Of a stretch of 64,000 nt of DNA, positions 25,446 through 36,785 are shown piece after piece. Position numbers and translations under genes: made by a program. How positions within the stretch are numbered: position 1 is the first letter of the stretch; each line of letters opens with the position of its first letter. Under the pieces are notes generated by a model. It made no database searches and had not been told where the DNA came from. It saw only the letters and a list, made by a program, of their open reading frames with translations. The stretch covers positions 2,185,061 through 2,249,060 of the forward strand of contig MU058423.1 of the NCBI GenBank assembly GCA_013265495.1. The letters are read 5' to 3'. This DNA comes from Vicugna vicugna (lineage: Eukaryota).

Positions 25446-26323
25446 CTAGAGAAGATCCTTTAACATTTGTTGTAAAACTGGTTTGGTGATGCTGAAATCT
25501 TTTAGCTTCTGTTTATCTGTGAAGCTTTTGATTTCTCCATCAAGTCTGAACGAGAGCCTTGCTGGATAGAGTATTCTTGGTTGTAAGTTTCCCCTTTGCA
25601 TCACTTTAAATATATCATGCCACTCCCTTCTGTCCTGTAGAGTTTCTGCTGAGAAATCAGCTGATAACCTTATGGGAGTTCCCTTATATGTTATTCGTTG
25701 CTTTTCTCTTGCTAGTTTTAATATTTTCTCCATATCCTTAATTGTTGTCAATTTGGTGACTATGTGCCTTGGTGTGTTCCTCTTTGGGTTGATTCTGTGT
25801 GGTTCTCTCTGCACTTCCAGGACTTGGGTGACTGTTTCCTTTCCCCAATTGGGGAAGTTTTGGGTTATTATCTCTCCAAAAATTTTCTCAGGTCTTTTTT
25901 CTCTCTCTTCTCTTTCTGGGACCCCTATAATGTGAATATTAGAGCACTTCATGTTGTCCCAGAGTTCTCTTAAACTATCCTCATTCCTTTTTATTCTTTT
26001 TTCTGTTTTGAAGTAGTAATCTGTCTTCTAGCTCACTGATCCATTCTTCTGCCTCATTTAGTCTATTTAGTCTATTCTTGGTTCCTTCTAGTGTATTGTT
26101 CATTTCAGTGATTTTATTCTTCTACTCTGTTTGGGTGTTCTTTATATTTTCCAACTCATTGCTAAAAACTTCACTCTATACTCCTCTTGAGTTCTTTGAA
26201 CATCTTGGCCATCATTACTTTAAACTCTTTCTCAGAGAAATTGCCCATCTCCTCATCACTTATTTCTTCTTCTGGGGTTTTATCTTGTACCTTGGCCTGG
26301 GAGATATTCCTTTGCCACCTCAT
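25446..26323 (-). pseudogene. L1 ORF1p remnant, near full length, disrupted
   Basis: ATG at 26323 gives MRWQRNISQAKVQDKTPEEEISDEEMGNFSEKEFKVMMAKMFKEL, followed by a premature stop. C-terminal ORF 25446-25952 reads NIHIIGVPE...TPRHIVTKL...YKGTPIRLSADFSAETLQDRREW...PRILYPARLSF. Confidence 0.92.
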
Positions 26324-27262
26324 ACCGTCTATCTTTCTATGTATTTGTGGATTCCTTCCACAGGCTTTGGGATTATTGTTTTCTTATTTCTAGTATCTGC
26401 CCCTGGTGGATGAGGCTGGACTAGAGGCTTATGCAGGTTTCCTGGCAGAAGAAGCCAGTGCCTGCCCACTGCTGGGTAAAGCTTGGTCCTGGACCTCTGG
26501 TGGGTAGGGCTGTGTCTAGCGGCCTTTGTGGCTTAGGAAGTCTGCTGATGGGTGGAGCTGTGTTTCTGCCCTGTATGTTGTTTGGCCTGAGGCTTCCCTA
26601 CAGGCTGTTGGGTGGGGCTGGGTCTTGGTGCTGATGATCCAATCAAGATGTCAGCCTCCAGGAAAGCACATGTGGATGAACATTCCCGGAATGTCTGCCA
26701 CCAGCTTTTATGTCCCCTGAGTGAGCTGCAGCCATCCCCCATGTCCCCAGGAGACTCTCCAAATCCAGCAGGCAGGTCTGGCCCAGGTTCCTATGAAATC
26801 ACTGCCTGCTCTTGGATCTGGCACACACGAGTTTCCATGTACGCTTCTCAAGCAAATGAAGTCTCTGTTTCCCCTAGTCCCGTGAGGCTCCCAGAGCCAA
26901 GCCCCCATGGCCTTCAAAACCAGATGTCCTGGGGTCTCCTTCTCTTCTCAATGCCAGGACCGAAGCTAGGGAGCCTGACGTGGGGCTCAGAGCTCTCACT
27001 CCTGTGGGAGGGCCTCTGTGACTTAACAAATCTTCAGCTTGTGGGTCACCCACCCCGGGGGTATGGAGCTCAATTATATCGCGAGCACGCCCTTCCTACC
27101 GTCCTGCTGTGGTTCCCTCTTTTATGTTTCCAGTTGCAGAAGATCTTTTTTGCTAGGTTCCAGTCTTTTTCGATGGTTATTTAGCTTTCAGTTGTGGTTT
27201 CGTTGTAGTCGCGAGGAGAGGCAAGCTCCTGGTCCTACCACTCCGCCCTCTTGACCAGAACT
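26324..27262 (-). mobile_element. L1 5' UTR including apparent 5' terminus
   Basis: Minus strand begins GAGTTCTGGTCAAGAGGGCGGAGTGGTAGGACC, resembling the L1 start motif CAAGATGGCGGAG, and is contiguous with ORF1. Confidence 0.75.
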
Positions 27263-28869
27263 CTTTCTTTCTTTCTTTTTAAGCAGTAGAGCCCCGCTTT
27301 ACTTCTAAAGGAAATGTCATAGGAACCTCATATATGAAAAGTGGGACAGCTCTGGCTGCAGTAGGGGGTGGGGGCTGGCTGCTGCCTGCTTGGCTTCCCC
27401 TTTCATTGTCCCAGTGCCCCTGAGTAGCCCCTCAGAATTCTGCAGAACAATGATCTATACCACTGTGCTCTAGGCCCAGGAGGGCAGGAACATGTCTCCT
27501 CCATTCCTATGCCCCAGTGCCCAGCACATGCCCAGTTTGGTGCCCTGTTTCAACAAATGTTGGGCGAATTGAATTGAATGAGAGAAACTTGCTCCAATAA
27601 CTACCCAGGCCTGATTTGAGGAGAGGGCACCAAAAACTGCCTCTCCCTCCAAACTTCTCCCTCGTCAGTCTACCACGGTGCCTACTGTTCCCCATTACCA
27701 GGCAGTCTAACCCTGTACATTCTCCAGATGCTACCTCCTCCATGAAGCTTTCCCAGATGTGCCCAGCCATCGCATCGTGCTGCCTTTGACTGCTGTGGCC
27801 ACTTTATTACACCTCTTTTTTGCATTCTTCACATGCACTCAACCCTCAACACAAGTTATTTGCATACATGTGCCATTTCCCCAACAGCGCTGATGCTGCC
27901 CTCCTTACAGGCAGGACATAGTAGATTGAGGTTTGCTTCCATCGCGGTGCATTCGAACAGTAATATTCAATATATTTGTTTGAGGAGGAAGGAAAGTCTC
28001 CTGATACCCTCAAGGACACTGTGTCTCCAGAAGAGCCTGTTAAAATTCTCTAAGAGGGGCACCTGGAATCAATTTGCCCTACTAAGACATGAGTGTGGAG
28101 CGGTTTCTCAACTCCACAAACTGTCACCAAGCAGAGAGCATGGAAGACAATCCAAAACAGGAAGTTTGGGTGGAAAAAAGACATCTCAAGCCACACTAGT
28201 GCCAGAGCTATGTGTCCCTGGCCCTGGGAGGATTCAGAAAGCGTGGCCAAGGAAGACCTGGAGGAAGGGGACGCTCTTGCAGAGAGAGGGGCTGGAGGAG
28301 GGTCCCAGGTCCTGCCGCACTTGAGTTTGCCTCCCCACGCCTGTCTCCAGTGCCAGGCAGGCTGGGACAGGAGGACTGGTTCCCTTTTTCTCTCCCAGAA
28401 CATCTGGGTCTGCATCAGACATAACGATCTGGTAAAGAAAATTGTTATGGAAATATGTAACCGTGAGACGTTATCAAAGGCGTCTTTAAAGTCCCTTTTC
28501 AACCCCCAGCCGGGTGGAAGGGATTGGAAATTGGAAAACTGGGAGACGATTACAGGACCATCAAAGTGGCCGAAATTCAATCCAATCTGCAGGTTTAAGG
28601 ATGGCTAGCAGATCCCTGCCCCAGCCCACGAGGCTGCAAACCCACTGTTTAAAAACCAAATCAACGGCATCATCAGATCCGGGTCTGGAGCAAACAAACG
28701 GCGCCCACAAAGGCTTCCCTGGATTTCCCTTGCGTTGGGGAAATCTGAGAAGTGAGGCCCTGGGGAGGCGTCTAGCCCTGGGAAGGCTCCCAGCTTCCAA
28801 AGCTTCTATCTTCTCTTCCCCACCCCACCCCACCCCACTCCACTCCACCCCACCCCCAGTCTGGGCTCC

Positions 28870-29133
28870 AGTTCTTTGTCTCTCCATCCTTCTTGATGCC
28901 TTTCTTCTACATCTTTTCGTGCCGACTCTTTCTCCTTCCATCTGTCTTTCTTCTCCTTCCATCTCTCTTTATATATGTCTTGTCCTAACTGTTCTATCTC
29001 TCGTTCCTTTCCCTGTTTCCCTCTCCTAATCTGTCTTTTTGTGACATTTCCATCCCTTTGTTGTGAATTTTCATCCCTTTTGTGTCTTTCAGCACTGCAT
29101 CTGTCTCTCTGCATTTTGTCTTCTTTCTTTCTC

Positions 29134-29172
<39 letters not shown>

Positions 29173-29193
29173 CTTTTTATTTCTTTCTCTCTT

Positions 29194-29224
<31 letters not shown>

Positions 29225-29305
29225 TTGTTTGTTTCTTTCTTTCACAGCAACAACCTCTTTTCCTTGGCCTTTCTTTAATTTTTCTGCCCTTTTTCTCCTT
29301 CTGAA
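28870..29305. repeat. Pyrimidine-rich tract with (TTTC)n/(TC)n microsatellite
   Basis: (tttc)n at ~29120-29170 and (tc)n at ~29185-29225. Confidence 0.9.
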
Positions 29306-29959
29306 TTTCCTGCAATTTCAGACTATGTATGAGGTGAACTCCTCCTTGGCTGGTTTATGCACCGTTATGAGTCCTGGGTATTTCTCCCAGGTGTCCAAAC
29401 ACAAACGGCCCTCCATGCATGCCCATCCAGGAACCCTCGTCCCAAAGTCCATCACCATGAACTGTCCGTGGCGGCAAGATTACTGTGCCAGCGTACGCAG
29501 GCACACAAAACGGACATGTGGTTTTACCTATGAGCAGGCTCTGCAGACATGGAAATTTATGTCTGGAAGGGTGGAATGCTACAGCACATAAAACTGATAC
29601 ACGCAGAGAACGTCGGTAATTTACAGTTCTTTTTTATGTGGAGTGAGAGAAAGAGACTATAATTTTGCTACTAATAAAGTTCACCATATTTATCCTCAAG
29701 ATGTGAGGGTTTATCTTCATTCATATTTCTTGTGGTCGTAAGGCTCTGTTAGATTGAAGGTTTATAATTAGAAAAGAGCTCAATTCGCACCTCTCATTGG
29801 AAACACCCGGGAGTTTCATTCCGCCCCGCAAAAATTGCCAGTGACCACGAGAAGAAAGCTCCATTTAGTCATTTACCTTAGAAGAATCGTTCTGGAAACG
29901 CAAGGGGAAGCACACACACATATGTTTATGGAAGAACGGAATGGAGAAAGGGCAGGAGA

Positions 29960-30900
29960 AAACGAAAGCAAACGCACGGTCCGCGCGGCAAGAACCCCGG
30001 GAAGGCGCGGAAGCCCGGGCGGCTCCGCGCGCGCAAACGACCGAAAGCGGCAAAGCGCTGCGGGGCCGCTCACCACGGCCCGCCCGCTGCCCGGACCAGA
30101 GCGGGCCGCGCGCTGCAGCGGTGGGTTCGGAGCAGCCGGCACCCGCCCGCCCGTCCGCCGCCCGTGGGGCTTTCGGTCCGTCGCGGACCCTTCTCGCCGC
30201 GCTCCCGGCTCGCGCGTTTTCTCTGCCCGCCGCCTCCGGCTCGGCTCCGGGAGAGCCTGGCCGCGCAGCAGACAACCTGCGGGCTGCTGTCAATTCAGCA
30301 GGCCCCAGGTTCACGGGCACCGCGCCGGTTGCGTTCGCCTGCGTCCCGGCGGGTCTCAGGCCCCGCGCTGCGGTGTTGGAATACTTGGTCCGGTTGGAGA
30401 GAAGAACGCGCCGGGCGGCCGTGGGCTCGACCCCCCGGGGCCCCCTGAGCCCCAAGGTCCCCGGCAATCGGGGAAGAAACCAACCGCCTGTTCCCTTTGA
30501 TCTGGTTTTGTAGAGATTTGATGTTGACATTAAACTTTGAATGCTTTTATCTATTTCAATCTCTCATTCCCATTTTGGGAGGGGATTCCTGTGCCAGCGC
30601 GACAATCTCTAACGGATGGCGAAGGCACCGGGATCAACGGGCCCGGTAGCATGACAGTGGCGGGTGGGGGCGACGCTGGGCGCTGCCACCTACCCACATC
30701 CACGCGCAGCCCCCGCTCGCCCCACGTATCCCTCCTTCCCCTCACTCGCGCCCCAGGCCATTCTCTCCGCCACGCCAGCGCGGGAGGCCGCACCAAGGTT
30801 GAGAAGCGACCGGGAAACAGGAGCTCCAGGAGGCGCAGGGCGCGGAGCGGGAAAGGAACTGGGAGCCTCCGCCCCAAATCCGTTCTCCCTCCGCAGCCCC
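29960..30900. promoter_or_regulatory. Orphan CpG island ~12 kb upstream of ALX3
   Basis: Very high GC and CpG density with no credible coding exon. Confidence 0.85.
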
Positions 30901-32788
30901 TGTATCCATGCAGAGAGACTCAATTACTTTCAGGTGTGGACCACTAAATAAAATAAATCTTCCGGGGGCAGGAGGGGCCTAACTCAAATCAGAGGACTTC
31001 GCGTTCATAAAGAGGGGCTTCTCTAAAATCCTGTATGATTGGGGAGCTGGAGAGGGGATAGAAACAATCGAGAATAGAGCATAGAGGTCTCTTTCTGGGA
31101 TGATTCTATCAGTGGTCCCGTTGGGGGACCTGGACAGCCTCTCTCTCTGTGTCTCTTTCGGTCTCTCCTTGGCTATGTCTCTATCTCTGTTACCGTACAT
31201 CAGAACGGAATCAACCACTTTTGGACTGAATCACTGTTAAACTTGCTAGAGTCCTCCAGCCCAGACCGGAGACCCAGTGGAAACAAAATCTTCTGTCTCT
31301 CCCCCCACACCCACCCCGATCCTCTGTTTCCATCATCCATTGCCCAACGTCCTCTTGATCTGACATTTCCAAACCTGGTTTTGCAACGCTCTAGGGAAAC
31401 TCCAATTATCTCTAGGTCTTTGTGAAATGCTCACAATGAAATAAACTTTAATTAACTTTAATTATTTAACTGCAGGTTATGGACCCCTGACTGGGCAGGA
31501 GAAGCGGAGGAAAAGGTTGGTGAATCAAACAAGACATCCCAGGATGTCACAGCTCTCTGAAGGTGAGAAATACCAGCTTCAGAATTTCAGGGCTCAGGAA
31601 AAGAAAGTCAAGTTCCCAGGAGGGCAGGGGCTTGGTTTATTGAGGTTAGGGGCCAGGGAAAGCTGTCTAACAAGAGGTGCCAGGGACTCTGTCCTGCCCT
31701 GGGCTTCCTCCCCCTACCCTCTTGCCAGCCATTTCCAACTAGGCCTTGGAGGAGGATGAGAATGGTTTTCCCCCTTCCCACCCCACCTCTCACCCATTTA
31801 AAATCCTTCAGTAAGGTCCAGTTTTTACTGGACAAAGCAAAGTGGTTCCTTCCTCTTTTGCTAGGAAATTCAGGTTACAGCAGAATTTCTATATGAATTT
31901 TCCAGGAATCTGGGCTGATGTAAACATGCTATCTATCATGGTTCTGCTCTTTCAGAAGAGTTACTCACCCCAAAGTCTCGGAGGGCCCCTCATTCTCCTC
32001 ACACCACCGGATCTAGGAAACTGCCCTTCTCCTGAGCTCAGGGACAGGAGCCCCAAGAGATGACCAGATGGCTGTGATGGAGGGCAACTCGCTCCCACGG
32101 CATCTGACAAGGGCCCACATGTTTCCCGGACAGAGAGCAAATCTGCCCCATTAAAGCATTATGCTGTTAGGGAAAACACTGATGCAATATTGGAAACATG
32201 CTGGGCCCACTGTGAGAGCCGGAAGGAGAGGCAGGTCTTCTCAGGAAGGCAGAGAAGGCCAGTGGGCAAAACTAAGCCCGCCACTTCCACCCTTACTTGG
32301 CACGGCAAACTGAGGGAGGGATTACTGACCAAAACATCCGCACAAAGGGAGCCTATGGGGCTGGTGGTGCCTTACAGAGAGAGCAGCTGGGCTAGACGAC
32401 CGACCGACTGACAGACCAACCTAGAAAGTGCTGGTGACCTAGGGGCAGCTGGAGGAACATGACCAGGCTCTCTGGACTTGGGGCCAAACTGGGAAAAGAG
32501 TCTCCTTCCTCGAGCCTAAACTTTACAACCAATAACTCCATGGTCTGGGCCCCAGCAACACTGCTGATCTAAATAGTTTATTAACAAATGGAAAATATAT
32601 AAACACAAAACAATTGCCTCTAAGAAAAAACTTATTAAAATCCCCCCCATGTTATTTGCAAAATAAATAGCTGAGACCATATGGGTAAGAGGGGAAGTGG
32701 CTGTGTCCTAATTAGCTCTATGCTCTTGGCAAAAGTTCCCTCTCTAGGCCTCCATTCCCTCATTTCTAGATGAAGATGACAGCCTCGA

Positions 32789-32985
32789 TCAGTGCTTCTC
32801 AAGCTGCAGACTGCATTGGTATCACCCAGAAAAAAAGAAAAAATTATTAAAATAAAAATTGCTGGCCCCACCCCAAGAGTTTCTCCCAAGACTCAGTAGG
32901 TCTAAGACAGGGCCAATAATTTGCCTTTCTAACAAGTTCCTGGATTCTGCTGCTCCTAGCCTGTGGATCAGAGAACCTTTGGACT
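32789..32985. mobile_element. MER5A-like hAT-Charlie DNA transposon remnant
   Basis: 'cagtgcttctcaagct...attgctggccccacccca...tcagtaggtct...aatttgcctttctaacaagttccc'. Confidence 0.75.
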
Positions 32986-34689
32986 AAATGGTGTTTAAAT
33001 GCCAGATCTAACATTCTGTTCCATCTCCATGCCCTGTATCTCCCCCTGACCCCCTGAGCTGTTTGGAACCAAATATGAGAGGACCGATGTTTTTACACTC
33101 AAGCTTTACCCCATCATCAGTGCAGATAAATCTTTTGTTGGCCAACAGGGACTGGTCACCCTGCCCACTGAGGGATTCCTGCCCTCTCAGCACACCTACT
33201 CCAGTTTGAGTTAACCCCAGCTGGCTGACTACAGGGCCTGAATCTCCAACAGTGGCTAATGCTGGTTTCCCTTTGTACCAAGCAGGGCTGGGGCTAATCC
33301 TAGCTAAATCTCAAGCAGGCCTGCTGTGTAGACGGCTGCTTTCCGAGGGGTTGGCAAGAGCCCAGGGTACATCTTTTGGCCCCTCCGTGTAGCCTAGTGT
33401 CTGCTAAACACTTGCCCCAACATCCACGCACGCGCTTCATCACACACAGAGCCCCGGTCGTCAGGAGAACTAGTTTTACTTTGATGTACCTCTCGCTGCA
33501 CATTTGTTTCAGCTCCTCTCCTGGAGCCACGGCCTTATTTATCTTCTTGGCATGGGTTCTTAGAATACTTCCATTCAGGCAGCAGCAAAATCACTCAGCT
33601 CCACTGTTTTACGAAGTTTATCAAGCAGCAAAATATCCAGTCTCTTTGTCCAATGGATCTGGTGTGAATGTGCCTACAGAAATGCCTTTGCCTAGACGTC
33701 CTGGAGTCTGCGTGTGGTTATAGACATCCTCCCCCGTGAGGACCCCGCAAAATCCAGGGCTTGCTGACTTATGCTGCAAGGGGCCCCCCAAGCAAATGCA
33801 GGGCTTTGAGGCGTCTCCCGAATCAGGAGACCCAGCCACACATACTCCACACGTGCACACACTATGTTCACCCTCCACCAACAGAGACTCAGATGCCCAC
33901 AGCAGACAAACAACCCTATACACCCCACCCCAGTTCTCCAGCCTGGCATAGTGCCCCCACCCCAAAGGCAGGAGCAGCTTCTAAAATCATCACCGTCATC
34001 TTGATCCCGAAGTTTGAGAGCTTTGTGGAGAGAACCACCTCCCCTGCATCTGAGCGCTCAGGCCCCCTCCAACTCATTTAAAGGGACCAACGTTCCCTAA
34101 TCTCCACAGGTGGACTCAGAACAAGGTCTTCTCCGCTGCTCTCCCCCCTACCCCAAGCATCTTTCTTGCTTCCCAGAAATCATCCCAACTCCAGCGCTCG
34201 GCTCCCTACTTCCAACCCCACGTGAGGCCTCATAGCCAGGGCTCTTTGAAGGGCAACAGAGCCAGCAGGCAGGCCCACTCTCACTCAGGATCTGGTATGC
34301 CCCCTGCCATCACCAGGATGGCACAGAGCCTGGGAAGTCCACACAGAGCCCTCCTCCCTCAGCTCCTTAAGGAGAGCCCCAAAGTCCAGTGAGTAGCCTG
34401 GCACTTTGCAGATACCCTGACTTTACAGTTGACAAAATGTACTGAGGGAAGGACCCCTTTCTGGATGGAAATCTGGCTCAGAGATTCAAAATGTTCCCTG
34501 AAGCCTTGTCCCTGTCTGTCTCTGCAGCCCCATTCTCTGAGCTGCTGACAGTCCCTATACCCCATCCCCCCATATGGCAGTAAGTCTGGTCATTCCTTCC
34601 CAATAAATACCTCATCCCTCTTCATTTTCTCAGCCACACCCCAGTCACGCCTTAGTCACCTCATGCCTGAACCACTCTCCTGTATGCTG

Positions 34690-34860
34690 ACTGTGTCCCC
34701 TGGCTACCTTGGGCAAGTTACTTACTCTGTCTGTGCCCTAGTTTTCTCATCTGGAGAAATAATGGTACCTCCCTCATAAGTACATAAGGTAATGTATTTA
34801 CAAGAACTGGCCCATAGTAAGTGTTCAACAAATGTTAGGTACCATCATTACTGCTATCAC
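34690..34860 (+). mobile_element. MIR SINE remnant
   Basis: 'accttgggcaagttacttactctgtctgtgccctagttttctcatctg'. Confidence 0.7.
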
Positions 34861-36249
34861 TGTGCTCAAGCTGCCAAAACTGTATTCCCAAAGCACAGCT
34901 CTCACTCTCCTGCTGAGTAACAACAACAACAGTAATAAGACTAACACTTGTTGAACACTTACTGTGGGCCAGGCCCTCTTCCAAGTGTCTCTCAGTCCTC
35001 TCCAATGGCTCCCCATTGTCCAAAAGAAAGTAGGCTCTGTTTTCTGCACCTGCCACCTTCTGGTCCAGCACAGCCTGTCTGTTGTCCTGTCTGCTACTCC
35101 TTCCCAAAACCCTCCTGCAGGAGGCAGCCGAGCTCCCTGTGCCCAGACACACCCTGCCCCCTTGACCCAGGCTCAGCAGCTGCCCTCTTCCCCAGTGGCC
35201 CACATTTTGCTGGCCCTTCACCTTGGTCCTCAGGGTGTGCAGTGAGGAGTCCAGGGATCGGTGGTGATGCACTCATGTCCACCCAGCAGTGTCTTTCTGC
35301 ACCTGCAGGTGACCTCCGAGTGCACCAGCCCCTCCCTCTCACATCTGTTCCTTGGCAAGTGCAGCCTCTGTCACCCTTAGCTGTCATCTTAGAGCACTGA
35401 GCATTGTTCCTATGTCCAGATCTTGTCTCTCCAGGAGAAGAAGTCTTGGAGTGGGGCTGTACTCCCTCTCCTCCCGCAATTCTTCCCAGCATGGTCTCTG
35501 AGTGCTCAGATCCCTTGAATGACTGAGGGCAGGTGAGTCTGAGACCCAGGCAGCATGCGTGCTGGAGCTGGTGCAAGCTGACCAGGCCACCTGCCTGGGG
35601 CCCTCCTGGTTCTATCACTTAGGAAGTATATGTTAGCTTGGGCAACTTACTTCTTTTCTCTGAGTTCTGTATTCTCTTCTGTAAAGTAGAAATCATAATA
35701 GCTACCCTCAGAGCAGATTATCCAAAATTTTTAAGTGTAGGTGCCTAGTTCAGACCTAACTCCCAGTGAGCTCTCCACACCATCTCCCTTCCCCATCACT
35801 CAGTTCAAGGTCTAAGGCCAGGGTTCCCTCTGCTACACTGACAGCAATGTGAGTAGGGAATCTGAATACCCTTCTCACATTAGAGGTGAGTCTGCTTTCT
35901 TCCTTCACCCACATGAATGAAGAGCCCCCATGGAGCCTGGATATCAGCTCTCTGTTTTGATGGAGCGCCCTAAGAGTTTGCCTGCCATGACAACTGAACA
36001 CTTGGGTTACAGAAAACAACAGGGCACGTGTTGTCCCATTCGGGGACCTCCCCAGTGTCCCTCAGGGCAGGCAGTGTGGCTCTCACTGCCCAGTGGGCCT
36101 TGTCACTTGCCTTCCAGGCACTCCGACATGCCCCTTCAGTTCCCCTTCTTAACCCACCAATGTGTCCACTCCTCCAGACCCAACATCTGGCATTCAAGCC
36201 CTGCCTTTGGGGTCAGGCAAACTGGGTTTGAATCCCAGCGGCACTCAGC

Positions 36250-36785
36250 AATAGGGGGATATGGGCAGTTCTCTGAACCAGTCTGGTCACCAGCCTCCAG
36301 AGCAGCCCCTGAGGAGCCACACTGTGGAATCCTCTCCTGCACAAAACCAGGACTGACTTGTGTGGCAGTAGAATATGGCAGCAGTAATGGTGTGTGAGTT
36401 CCCAGGCTGAGCCATAAACAGCACCTCAGCTTCCCCCTTGGTCTCTTGGGTCATTTGCTGTAGGGTAAGTGAGCTGGAGGTTATGAGGACCCGCAAGCAG
36501 CCACGGGGAGAAGCCCACATGGGGAGGAACTGAGGCCTCCCATCAACAGCCAACACCAACCTGCCAACGACGTGAGTGGGCCACCTTGGAAGCAAATCCT
36601 CCAGGCCACGTCAGCCTTCAGAATACTGTAGCCCAGCCAATAGACATTGGGGTCATGAGGCACCCAAGACAGAAAACTCAGCCAGGATGCTCCTGCATCC
36701 CTGACCCACAGTCACTGACTATTGTTGTTTTATTCTATTAATTTTGGGGGTGATTTGCTATGCAGCATTAAACAACTAATACACA
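36250..36785 (+). mobile_element. MLT1-type (ERVL-MaLR) solo LTR remnant
   Basis: 'ggaactgaggcctcc...cagccaacaccaacctgcca...gtgagtgggccaccttggaagcaaatcctcca' and 3' end 'gtgatttgctatgcagcattaaacaactaataca'. Confidence 0.8.

Noticed and set aside
28806..29591. ORFs rich in E/R/K or F/L/S
   Set aside because: Translations of the (TTTC)n/(TC)n microsatellite.
29835..30951. Multiple 100-220 aa ORFs on both strands
   Set aside because: CpG island artefact: Arg/Pro/Gly/Ala-rich and open in most frames.
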